From: Diplonema japonicum
Lineage: Eukaryota; Protista; Euglenozoa: Diplonemea
NCBI GenBank assembly: GCA_964019335.1
Contig: OZ025652.1
Coordinates: 744,001-808,000, forward strand
Reading direction: 5' to 3'
DNA: 64,000 nt
Made by a program: the position numbers and the translations under genes. Positions 44,601 to 56,008 of this stretch are shown piece after piece (position 1 is the stretch's first letter; every line of letters begins with the position of its first letter). Under the pieces are notes generated by a model. That model did no database searches and was not told the DNA's origin. It saw only the letters and a program-made list of their open reading frames with translations.

Positions 44601-45354
44601 TTCAGTGTGCACACCTTTAGGGTGTAGCACAGGTGACTTAAACCTTACGAGTGGGCAAGACACCAATTGCGAAAGGAGTGTCTTTAGTGGTGCCACATGT
44701 GACGTGTTCAGAACAGGGTACACGTGCATCCCTATCGAGTGCACGCAGGGCACATGGTCAACAGCAACGCCAACCTGCCTGCCGGACGGGTGCCTTTTCA
44801 GCGCACTAACAGCAGACCCCGACGCTGTGGCAGAGGGTAGTGGGTGCACTGCCAACAGGACGGTGGTGCACGGTGGGTCATGTGCATTCATCAAGCACGG
44901 CTTCAAGTGCAATCTTGCTGAATGTGTCACGGGGTCATGGGTGAAGACTTCCATCACATGCGCTGTAGACCCCGCAGCACCTAGCGGAGATGATGGGAAC
45001 AGCCTTGTACCAATCATTATCGTGCTGGTTATTCTGGCTGTTTGTCTAGCGTTGGTTTTGTGGGCGTTGTGGAGGGTGAACAAGCAACGGGAGGGGATGT
45101 CTGGGTTGGGGAATGCAGTGGCATCACCCAACTCGTACCCCGACGGGCACCCTGCAAAGGACATACAGGTGTACCACTCGCTGGAGAACGAGTCACAGCC
45201 ACCGTTGAGGGCGAGCGAGCAGGAGTTCAGCTCTTCTTCTTTTAAAACGGAGAGAGTGAACACCCCTCCGAAGCGGGAGGTGGTGCAGACCCCCTTAGCT
45301 TTGCAGCCCGAGACAGCTATGACTGTGCCTCCCGAGCTAGCATCACCGGTATGA
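38673..45354 (+). CDS. Giant type I membrane mucin-like protein (about 2150 aa): signal peptide, about 1500-aa PT/PTAV repeat region, seven 6-Cys sushi-like modules, TM, cytoplasmic tail
   Basis: ORFs 38986-42699 and 42877-45354 join in frame via introns 42683-42731 and 42852-42895. Intron 38976-39022 adds an exon containing ARRLLQ. Signal-peptide exon from ATG 38673; first donor uncertain, acceptor 38857. Confidence 0.8.
39100..42420 (+). repeat. Coding minisatellite of roughly 85-aa T/P/A/V units within the mucin
   Basis: Near-identical recurring units PTAVPTLVPGS..VPTVTPTDVPTALPTATPTATPTAEPT. Confidence 0.92.
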
Positions 45355-45358
45355 AGGG

Positions 45359-45378
45359 ACACACACACACACACACAC
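45359..45378. repeat. (AC)10 microsatellite just after the mucin stop codon
   Basis: Read directly from the sequence. Confidence 0.9.
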
Positions 45379-45399
45379 AATACAGAAATGGCGTGACGA

Positions 45400-46820
45400 A
45401 CCTCCTAACCCTCCCCCGCAGCCGTTCCCAAGCACAAGTAAATATGTCAGGCGACTCCCAACATCTGGTTCCAGTGTTTCGCGCCAATCGAGTGGGGCAC
45501 CTCCCCTTCCCATACAAGCAAGCCACTATGAGGGGAAACTGTCTTCACAACAGCACATCGAAATATGAGACAATACTTTCTCTCTTTTTCTTCTTCTTTT
45601 CTCTTTCTGTTTTCAAGTAACGCAATTTTGAGTACAAACGTTCTTTTTCTTTTTAAACCCCCCTTTCGTTTTGTACACTATGTTTGAACACAAGTACGGC
45701 TAAGGCAGTCCGATAGAGTTGTGGTGGTCATTAAAATCCGAGGGGGAAGGGGGGAAACGCCACTTGTTATTAGCCGCATTATCAGTTCCTTGAGGTTGTC
45801 TCTCATTTGACCCCTTTCATTAGGTGCAGGTTGCTTTGCTTGAAATTTAAACTTTTTTAAAAAAAAAAGAAGAAGAAACAAAAATCGGTGCAACTGGACG
45901 AGCGATGCACGAGCCCGTTAACGTGTCTATTCTTTTAAATCCCCCCCCCCCCCCGTCCTCGTTCCTCCTTGTTTCCTATTTAAAGTTATGGCGTCCGTAA
46001 GTAGTAATACCTTCTCTTCGCTACACGACCGCATTACACAATTTTTTTTTTTTTTTATGAATTATAAACCGAGATAAGGGGCACTACAAATTGGGTTGAT
46101 TTTTCTTGCTTTATCGCTTCCTTACCCAGATTCCGAGGCTTTTATATTTTACAATGTAGAAAGAAAAGAAAAGAAAAGAAAAAATAAAGTAAGTACCCCT
46201 CGCTCTTGGCGCTTAGACCATTTTTTAGGTTTCGGTCAGCCCCTCCATGTCCCAACAGATTCCTTTTTTCTTCTTCCTCTGTTGAAAGAGTGCGTGCTAT
46301 TCTTGTTTTTTTTGTTTTCTTTGAGGACCCTGATGGAGGGGAAAAGGGGTTCTTTTTTTTTCTTGTATTGTTAAAAAATTAATCTTTGACGACGAGGAAG
46401 GTTTTTTTCTGGTGCTCCCCCCTTCCTGCAAGCGTTGTCGGAGGGAATAAAAACAATCGTCACCTGAACTTAGTGTCGGAAACGGGAAAAAAAAAGAATG
46501 GTTATTTTATTTCCCCCCGTTTACACATTAAGTCCAAGTCTACCGGTTAGTCCATTCTTTTGCAAAAAAAAAAAAAAAAAAAAAAAAAGAAAAAGAATGG
46601 GGGGAAATGGATGAATTGATATGGAAAGAAGGAAGAAGAGATACTTGTGTATCTACCCTACACCCTATGTCCCCTTCTCCCGAAACTCTTTCTTTTTCTT
46701 TGTACTTCTGTCTTCCTCGTTTGAGCCGCCTCTGGCCTCCGTTATTGATTGTTCCTGTTTCCTTTTTCCAAACCCACACAACAGGATGTCTGTTGCCTGA
46801 CATGCTAAGCAAGGAGTAAG
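45400..46820. other. Long AT-rich, homopolymer-rich intergenic region
   Basis: About 1.4 kb, same character as 24070-25884. Confidence 0.7.
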
Positions 46821-48779
46821 ATGAAACGCCTCTTCTCCTTGTGTTTCGGTGATAAGGTGGAGAATGAGCCATATGAGTACGAGGATCCGTTGCTGTCGGA
46901 CAGTGAGGAGCAGGACACGGAGGTACCGCTATTCTTTGACAGTGATGAAGTGGACATCATGTGTGTCCTTGTGTGCACGGTGGCGGCGGGGATCGCAATG
47001 TGCCAAGGGGAAGGCAGAGACCAGCGCCTCGTCGAACTTGAGCTGGCACACAAGCAGCTCAAAGACTCGCAAGAGCAGCGCATACACGAGCTCTCCAGCA
47101 TCAAGCAGGAGCTGACCGCTGCCGTGACCACCAACAACGTTGTCCTCAATTACGTGGTAAGCAAGGTGGAGGAAGAGGAAGGCATCGAAGCGAACCCCTC
47201 CCAAAGCCTGAAAGAACGTACCTCGCGTGTGGAGCGTGCGCTCTCCCTCTCTGCCAACAAGGAGGCACACTCGCGTTTCGGATTGCAGAAGAAGAAGAAA
47301 ACCCATTCCTCCCTCCGCGGATGGAACACCACACGGTACATACGAGACGAGGCCTCGCACACCGACCACGATATTTTGAAACATACCAAAGCTTTCCCGA
47401 ACTTCGAGGAGCTCCCCATCCAGGACACCGACAGGCCACAAGCCCAGCCCATGCTGCTGCCCTTTTACTCCGTCCCGAGGCTTGGCCCTGTCGGCGTCCG
47501 CCCATCTCATGTATCGAAGACTGCAGCTGAGGTCATCCCCGCCAGTCCTGAGCACAGCTTGAGTGTAGTTGTGCAGCACCCTTCATGGACTGGGTTTGGA
47601 AGGACGACGAACTTTGAGTCGTTGAAAGCCAACGCTTTTCTGCAATTGGTGGGGACAGCCAAAGACGTGCAGGGCAAATGGCTGCCTTCAAGCAGGCTGC
47701 TTGTTGAGGTGAACATCGACCTCACCCAGCTCCTGATGAATGCCAGTAACACAGGGTACTTGGTGTGGGACACGAATGGCCTGCTGCTGAGCATTGACAA
47801 CTTAGAAAACTCAGAAAGCGATGCGTCTGACACGACTACAGACGTCGATGTGGCTGTCGACCCGAATTCCCTTAAGCGCTCCTACTTGGTCATGTCCTAT
47901 AGCGAGGACTTTAAAGCCATTGCAAAGAGGCTCCGCGCCTCTGCCTATCCCGTGTCCCTCGTCATCCCCGTCGCTCCTTATAAATATGATGTTACTTTTC
48001 GAAGGCCTATCCCCACCACCCAGCAGGTAGTAGCTCTTTGCAAAGAATTTGGGTGGAAATTGCTGGGGCCCAGTATAAATGGTGAGATGTACTAGTAGTA
48101 AGAATAGATGTTGTTCTATATTGCTTGTTGCCCTACACCGGAATCATGACACACAGGGTTACACGTATGGGTAGGGATGCTCTACACTTCAAACATGGGT
48201 GGGAGAAGCCTCAGTTTTTGACAAAGAACAAAATGACAATGCCGACGGAAACTTACGAGCACTCGTTCAGTCTGAGTGCGATGGGAGGTCTGGCTGCCTC
48301 GCTGTTCGGCGCCCCCTTCCGGCTGCTGAACCGTCCGATAACAACGGGGCTGGTATGCTAACTACTGCACAACACTGCAACACAGGGTACGATACAAGAG
48401 CACGGCGCACGGCCGGCGGTCGTACGACCGATTCATAACCATCGAGGACATACACGCAAGAGTCTTAATATTAGTACAGTAGTGCTGTAGTCGTGTAGCT
48501 ATTCGGTTATTTTACCACGCGGCTGGAAATGGTTCTCAAAGCCCTTTACACAAAATGCCCTTCTCGGTATTGGGAGTTAACCACTCGTTGTGCTACCAGA
48601 TGAGCGCTTGTCCTGATGCGGGGACCACAAGAGGACACAAGTTCGACACGTTTACCTGCAAACCAATTTCATGCACACAGAGGTCCGGTGCACGAGGTGT
48701 GACAAGAGTGACGACTGCTTACAAGACGTGCTACTCTGGCGACCCATCGTGCAAGGGTGATGCTAAGTTTATTAGGTGA
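46821..48779 (+). CDS. Hypothetical protein; the 424-aa ORF probably extends through short introns (48082-48107?, 48353-48385, 48462-48498?) into a Cys-rich C-terminus
   Basis: ORF 46821-48095 is solid. A consensus gtatgc...cacag intron at 48353-48385 shows that coding continues downstream. The other two junctions were chosen only because they keep frame. Confidence 0.5.
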
Positions 48780-48841
48780 TTATAAGTTACAAAGTTAGTT
48801 ACTATTTTAAACTCCAAACACCACTAAGCACGCAGGCGAAC

Positions 48842-50209
48842 ATGGCGAAGGTGTCACTGGATGACAATGCACGCATCCTGCACTCGCAGATCCTAGATAT
48901 AAAGAGCAAGCTCCTGTACAGGACGCAACACCCTTCCACCCATATCCCATGGGAGAGACCAGTGAGCATCGAGCCGCCAAGGTCCTCGTGTGATGCACGT
49001 AGTTTCAGTGAACGAGAAAGCTACATGAATAAAAGGGAGAGAGAGCTCCAGCAGCGTAAGGCGTCACTTTTCAAGGACCTCTCCACTCACGAGGAGCACG
49101 TTAGCAAGCAGGAGACCCGAACACCTGAAAGACAACAGCCGATACAAAAAAGACTTCAGGAGCGCAGCATACCCCGTAGTACACCCATCGTCTCTCATTC
49201 AGAGCAAGACGAGCCTACACTTGGTAGCAAACGTCAGGAGCGTCCTGAAGTACAGTTATTTGAAACGCAGCGAACGTTGGTAACAAAGGCCATCGCACCC
49301 CCACTGCCTCCCAAACCGCGTGTCATAGTCACCAGCAGTGTCGGCAGCATGGCAGTGTCGGCTGTGGAGCTTTTTGTAGCAGAGGCACCCCTTTTGGCGG
49401 TGTTCCCACAAGCACCTCGTAAGAGTGTCCAAACTGCAGCAGTTCAATGCACCATGCAAGAGGCCCCGAGCAAGCCTGAACAGTCCGATCGAAGCGAGTT
49501 CATGTTACCCAAGTTTTCACCTGATATACAGCAAGAGCCTGTCCAATCTGTGGCGCGAGCGGAATCAACCAAAGTAGACGCACCTCTTACACAGCCACCT
49601 GCCCTGGAGCAGGACGCACCTCTCAAAGTGCCTGAAGTTACTCCTTACCCAACACCTGATTCACATCCGGTGCAGACAGCTTCACAAGCACAAGCACAAG
49701 CCACTCCCCCACCTGCTTCTGTGGAAGAGGAAGAGACATGGGCAGCAATGGAAAAAGAAGCACTCCTCTCGGGCGAATGGCAGCAGCGAAAAGACAAAGC
49801 ATCGAACCGGAACTATTACTTACACAAAATCACCAAGCAGACCATATGGAACCTCAGGAAGCATTTCAAGGAAACTCGTAAACCAACTCTAGCTGCCGTC
49901 CCAGCACTGCCAGTTCCTTCTAACCCGCCCCCTAGCACGCCTGCTACTGAAAGTGACTTCTTCCCCACCAACTCAGCAGCCTCCATCCCTTCAGATGTCC
50001 AGAAAGAGCCATCGTCACCCCTGTTGCCCATCGAACCCACCAAAGAGCAAGTGGAAGACGAGATTGCACGCGTGATATCAAAAGGGATCTGGATCGAAAA
50101 GGCCAGCACCAAAGGAAAGTCTTACTATCTCAACAAGAAAGACAAACGGGTTTCGGATAAAACCGTCTGGGACCTCAGGGCCACCTTGAAGAAGGCCCTC
50201 ATGGCGTGA
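48842..50209 (+). CDS. Low-complexity Pro/Ser-rich protein with two WW-like domains
   Basis: W..RKDKASNRNYYLHKITKQTIW and W.EKASTKGKSYYLNK....KTVW, each followed by [N/D]LR. Confidence 0.75.
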   Translation: MAKVSLDDNARILHSQILDIKSKLLYRTQHPSTHIPWERPVSIEPPRSSCDARSFSERESYMNKRERELQQRKASLFKDLSTHEEHVSKQETRTPERQQPIQKRLQERSIPRSTPIVSHSEQDEPTLGSKRQERPEVQLFETQRTLVTKAIAPPLPPKPRVIVTSSVGSMAVSAVELFVAEAPLLAVFPQAPRKSVQTAAVQCTMQEAPSKPEQSDRSEFMLPKFSPDIQQEPVQSVARAESTKVDAPLTQPPALEQDAPLKVPEVTPYPTPDSHPVQTASQAQAQATPPPASVEEEETWAAMEKEALLSGEWQQRKDKASNRNYYLHKITKQTIWNLRKHFKETRKPTLAAVPALPVPSNPPPSTPATESDFFPTNSAASIPSDVQKEPSSPLLPIEPTKEQVEDEIARVISKGIWIEKASTKGKSYYLNKKDKRVSDKTVWDLRATLKKALMA

Positions 50210-50295
50210 CATTTCCATTTTTCTTTTCTCGTTTTAGATTACTTTGTTATTCAAATTATATGCTTCCCGAGTATTGTACTGCCCAACCAGACGAG

Positions 50296-50782
50296 ATGGG
50301 GAAGAGAAGGTCAAGAAAGGTTGCACCAAAGAAGGCAGCGGCGAAGCTCCCTACTTCGTTCGATTGTCCTTTCTGCAACCATATGAGTACTGTGACAGTG
50401 AAGCTGGTACAGAGCGCGAAAATTGGGAAACTGGAGTGCAGGGTGTGCGGAGTGAAGACGGAGACAACCATTACTCATTTGTCAAAAGAAGTGGATGTGT
50501 ATTGTGAATGGATGGACAGCTGTGTGGAACTCAACAGACAGGGCGACACAGCCGACCCTGCCCTTGATGACGAGGAGCTAGGGATAACACAAAGCAAAAG
50601 ACAACGAGGGGTAAGCACATCACCACACACACCACCACACTTCAGGACGACGATGTTGCAGCACTTCTCGAGCCTGACGGCAGCGACGGATCGCTTTATG
50701 ATAATTACCAAGACGGGCTACTCCCTTCAGATGTATGCACAAAAGCCACCTCACCATGTACTCACAGGAAGAAGTTGCATAG
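50296..50782 (+). CDS. ELF1: Transcription elongation factor Elf1, 3 exons; introns 50611-50645 and 50733-50767
   Basis: MGKRR...F.CPFCNH...C.VC...L...VDVY.EW.D.C zinc ribbon. Splicing gives an acidic tail ending EEVA*. Confidence 0.93.
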
Positions 50783-50882
50783 TTTTGCTTTTTGTTCAGT
50801 TGTTTCCCTGTCCTCAAATATTCAGTTCTTGCCCTTGTTGCCGCATAGGATCACCACAGCTGTATTTCGTTAAACTTTTAAA

Positions 50883-52285
50883 ATGTCTGACGCGAAGCAG
50901 GTTGAGAAGAAGGAGGGTGCCGAGAGGGCCGATGACAGAATCAACATCTCCAGCAACAAGGATGTTTTCTTCTACGTGGACCTTGCCAAGAAGCTCCTTG
51001 CTGACGCTGAAAGGCCTGATGTGCTTGAGCTGACCGGCCTTGGCTCCTCCATCTCCGTATGTTAAACAGAAACTGGGACCACCTTCACACAGACTGTTGT
51101 GTCCGTCGCTGACATCCTCCGTGAGCAGGACCTCGCCACCGTGAGCAAGCTCGAGACTGGCATGTCTGGCCGTACCAACCGCACTGCCAAGATCCAGGTA
51201 TGCATCATAGCGACAATAAGCAAACACGCCACAGTGCTGGGTCAAGAAGAACGCCGGCTTCGAGGAGGCTTACAAGAAGCAGCTCGAGGAGAAGGCCGCC
51301 AAGTTGAAGACCAGGGTTGAGTCCGCCAAGAACCAGGCCTTCGTCTTCATCAAGCCCCACGCCGTCACCGCCGACGTGAAGAAGCTCGTGAAGGAGACCC
51401 TTACCGCCAAGGGCGTCACCATCACCGGTGAGGGTTCCATCAAGGCCGAGACCATCGACAAGAAGAAGCTCATCGACCAGCACTACTACGCCATTGCCAG
51501 CAAGGCCACCATCCTTCAGCCGAAGGACCTGAACGTCCCCGCTGACAAGTTCAAGGGCCAGTTCGGTCTTGGTTGGGACGAGGCCCTCGAGAAGGGCTGC
51601 GTCTACAATGCCATGGATGCCTGCAAGAAGCTCGACCTTGACGCCGACGGTCTTGACACTGAGTGGGCCAAGGCTAAGAAGGCCGGCAAGCTTGTCAAAT
51701 TCGGTGGTGGCTTCTACTGCGGCCTGATCGAGATCGAGGGTAAGGAGCCTGCGTATGCAAAATTGAAATCCAATATTCACCTATGACAGTTACGTGTTCA
51801 ACGGCTTCTTCATGTCGATGAGGACCAAGTTCACCAAGCCCGGTCTGACCATCTACTACTACACTGTGGAGTGGGATGCCGCTGACTTGAAGTGGGCTGA
51901 CTTCCGTGGTAAGGTGCTCGGGCCCACTGACCCCGCTGAGGCCCCTGCTGACTCTCTCCGTGGTAAGGTGTTCTCCGACTGGGAGAAGCTTGGCCTCAGC
52001 GAAGTGCCCAACGTGGGTGACAACGGTGTGCACGCGTCTGCCTCGCCTTTCGAGGGTCTTGCTGAGAGGATGAACTGGCTCAGCGAGTCCGTGGACAGGA
52101 ACGCCTTCGGCAAGATCCTGACCGCCTCCAGCATCCCCAGGAAGGTCATCAAGGAGTGGAGCGTGGACCCCCAGGTGAACCTCGGTGACAAGAAGGGCTC
52201 CCTCTTCGACTCTGTCGAGGACCTTGACGCTGCTGAATGTGTTGACAAGCTTGTGAAGCTCGCCAACCTCAACAAGGAGGAGTAG
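50883..52285 (+). CDS. Alba-domain / nucleoside diphosphate kinase fusion protein (430 aa), 4 exons; introns 51057-51092, 51198-51234, 51753-51789
   Basis: Alba part: RINISSNKDVFFYVDLAKK..LELTGLGSSISTVVSVADIL..KLET..AKIQCWVKK. NDPK part: AFVFIKPH, LIDQHY, W.DFRGKVLG.TDP..AP..SLRG, NGVHAS. All three introns are GTATG..ACAG and keep frame. Confidence 0.9.
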
Positions 52286-52723
52286 ACCGTGCCTTTCATT
52301 GCGTTCCATTACAATTTTATAACATTTTTTAAGGATTTTTTCCGGGGTTTTTTTTATCTCTTTGCCTCTGATGAAAGTGTGATTTTTTTACTCCCCCCCC
52401 CTTTTTCTTGTTGCTCAAAAAATACTGGGAAAAAAAATGTCCCCCTTTTTTTTTTGCTCCCTCTGCTTTGTTTTCTTTTCTTTTTCTTTTTACCGACGGT
52501 AACGATCCCAATCCCCCTCAGGTCACTCAAAGGTTTTCTCCATTAGTAAGGGAGGAGGCATGAAGCAGCAGAAGAAAAGTACGATAGTGGATGGCCTTTC
52601 GCACCCCCCCCTTTTTTTTCTTTCTTCCCACCACCATGCTTTTAAATTTTTCACCCACTCCCTACTTTTCTTTGCTTTTCGTTAATATTTCCTAAGAAAT
52701 TTTAAGAAGGTTCAGGGTGCAAG

Positions 52724-55461
52724 ATGAAGGTAAGTTTGTTGGCCTTGCTTGCCGTGGCTGTGGTGTTATTGGCCGTTCAGATATGCTGTTGTGTGTTAGC
52801 ACTAGCAAACGAGGCAGAATCATATGTGGTGGCTGGCTTGCTGTGTGGATGTGTGATGGGGGCCATGCTGATCAGCAGTCTGGGAGGGTTGTTGCGGTTC
52901 TTTTCTGATCTGTCTAATGATTTGAAGAACTTGTGCAGCATGAAGACAAGCGAGCTACACGTGGAGGCACGCCCACCCCCCAAGATCAGCGAGTTGCGCA
53001 ACCTGAATGAACAGTTACTGAAGCTTGTTGTCAGTCTCCGCGAGACACGTCCCTTCATCCCTGCTTATGTGTTGGATGCCATGACCGAAGGTGATGAAGT
53101 TCCATCCCCACGTTCTTGCGACGGAGATAAAGGTGTTGACTCGCCAATCAGCCTTGAGGGCGTCCCTATGATCTCCATCACCCCCGTACCCAGTCCAGCC
53201 GCTGCCAAAAGCAACTCCAAAGGCCGCTTTGGTCTCAGCCTTAGCACCGCAGATATCGACACGCACAGCATCGACTTCGATGTGTCTGTTGCCTCCATGG
53301 AATCGGCTGCTGTCCCGAAGTCTGTCCGTGTACAGTCACCCCTGTCTAAGCAACTGCTCGAGAACCAGTTTCCACCCGGTGCTGCCCACAAGTCATTCTC
53401 AGGTTTTGTTGCCACCAACAATGACACCTCCTGCACATTCAGGCGGAGCAGCACATCCAATGCCCTCAATCAGCTAAGAAGGACCTCGCAGCCACTGGTG
53501 AATGCTAACATCGGAAACGATGTAAAAGCCAAGAAAGGCCATGCCTTGATGGCATGCATGAAGCGCCGAAAGGGCACGCTGCTTTCGGTGGAGTATGGCA
53601 TCATGGAGCTCGCCAATGACAACACTGCTGACACCTATGAGTTGGCCGCATCGCTGGTGTCGTCGGCGCTGGACATCATTCACGCAGAGGGTGGCAACGT
53701 CGTGCAGCTGACAGCAAACTATATTTTAGCTGCGTGGAATACCCACCACCCTTGCACAAGACATTCTTGGAATGCTTGCAAAGTTGCGGTAGAGCTGAAG
53801 AACTTCATGGAGTCCATGACCGATGACGGTGAGACGAGCATCGCGTGGTCAGTGGCTGTGACAACAGGCTTTTTGTACTATGGCAGCATTGGGAATGAAA
53901 AACACAAATCAGCTTTCGTGTTAGGTTCCATCACCGACCATGTGAAGCAGCTGAACAACCTGTCGAGACACCTGCGGGTGCCCGTTATAATCACAGAAGC
54001 AGTGCAGGAGGTACGAGTGTGAATAATACCAAACATCACAACAGGTGGTGCACAACCTGCTGGCCTGCCGTCCTGTCGACGTGGTGCTGTGGTTCGATGA
54101 TATCATGAGCAAATCAGTGAGAGAGATCATCTACGAGGTATGATGCACACTGCACTGCACACATGAAGGTTGTCGATAACATGCCAGTGGACCCAACGCT
54201 GTGGAAGGAGGCCTTCACAGGGTTTGTGAGCGGCGCTTTTAATGATTCTGATGCCAAGATATCTACATTGATGCAAAAGACGAGTAGCGACAGGCAGCTC
54301 AGCAGGTTGGCTTCTCTTGTCGCAAATGCAAAGGCGAAAACACTGAATATTCCAGAGCCGTATGTCAGAAGAATGGTTGGGTGGGAGAGTTGGGAAGTGG
54401 AACAGAGCTTCGAGAAGAAATTCCTCTCTGGCAGTCTTGAGAAGTACAAGACACGGTCAACTAGGAGGAGCACATCGTATTCTGCAAACTCAACGCATTC
54501 AGAAGACCTCAAATTGGCGATAGAGCTGACGCAGCGTGACAAGTCTGACAACTCTGATAGTGACACATGCTCCACAGCACACAGCGAAGACGAAGATACA
54601 CCACCTGAGAGATTCAAAGACACAGACGGCTCGGAGTGGAGACGGAGCGCAAAGCAGCTGGGAAATGGAGCCTTTGGTGATGTGTGGTTGGGAATGTCAG
54701 AAGATGGATCTCTAGTAGCGCTGAAATGCATGAAGGTTCCACCCCCTGTTGCTGCAGCCAGGAGACTCAGCCGTGTTTCCTCGCCCCTGCACGACACAGT
54801 GTCATCGGCAGTGAAGGAAGTAGAAATCCTGTCAAAGTACAAAGACGAGTCTATCGTGTGCTTTATCTCGTGTGGTGTGTTCGGGAAGAACATTATTGTG
54901 GTCATGGAATATGTAAGCGGTGGATCCCTTGCATCTATCCTAGATCAATTCGGGTCTGTGCCTTCTGCAACAGCGAGAAGATACACCAAAGACATCCTGA
55001 GGGGTTTGCTGTACTTGCACTCTAACGACATTATACACGTCGACCTTAAGCCTGCCAATGTGCTGCTGCACACTGACGGGCAGTGCAAGTTAAGCGACTT
55101 CGGGACGTGCAAGGTACTGACAGCAATTGGGAAACAAGCCGCTGAGAGCAAGGGGACACCCATGTATATGGCGCCAGAAGCTTGCAGGGGACAGGTATCT
55201 AAGGCTAGCGACGTATGGTCGTTGGGGCACACAGTGATAGCAATGTTGGCAGGTGTGTCGCCGTTTGAGTGGACGGAAGAGGTGCCCAAAGGCCCTCACC
55301 TCTTTATGAGGTGGCTTTGCAGAATGGAAGGAGATGTGCCCCTCCCACCTGCATCACTCATTGGTGAGCAGGGGCTGGGCTTTGTCGTCAAGTTACTCCG
55401 TCGCAACCCTGCACACCGCCCGTCCGTCGACCAGCTTGTCTATGACTCCTTTGTCTTGTAG
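52724..55461 (+). CDS. Membrane protein with HAMP-like linker, degenerate class III cyclase domain and STE11/MAP3K-like kinase, 3 exons; introns 54011-54044 and 54138-54168
   Basis: Two N-terminal hydrophobic helices. Cyclase-like segment IIHAEGGNVVQL....ILAAWN..H...AC..A...VTTG..YYGSIG....VLG. Kinase motifs GNGAFG, VALK, MEYVSGGSL, HVDLKPAN, DFG, GTPMYMAPE. Confidence 0.85.
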
Positions 55462-56008
55462 CTCTGTACATATTACGCGTTGAAGTGTTTGCAGGCCTTC
55501 CGGTCACGCATTGCGTTCAATTCTCGTAAATCGCAAGCTGCGCCGTCTAATAAGCATTCGGTGCGTGATTTGTTATGACTTTTTCTTCTTTGTTGCTGTT
55601 CCAGATATTAATGAACAATGAATTGTATGTCACTCGTGTGAAATTCATTGGGCGTACATTATGGTTTTTGTATCTCAATTTTACTTCTGTACCCTATAAA
55701 ACATCATTCGAGAATCAAAAAGAATCGGGCCGATTGTTTGTGCAAGCCGCTCGCATGCAACGGCAGCACATCCACTCCCTCGAACCAAAATTTTTCAGGA
55801 AGTGGGTTGCCTTCTTGTACGCTTGCTTGCTCATGCAGGCCTCATTCCCGAGTCTCTTCCCGAGGAGACCTCCGGGCAGGACTTAATATTTTGATTTTTC
55901 TGGAGTAAAATAAAATTTGGGGGGTAGTGAGAATAGTGAAATTGAAGGGATTAGAATAAAATCGAGAACAGTAAATAAAATCGTTTGCTACTTGTTATCT
56001 CCAGGCCC

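Noticed and set aside
50206-51033. 275-aa ORF apparently extending Elf1
   Set aside because: It reads through two introns, the spacer and an off-frame part of the Alba gene; the spliced model ends at 50782.
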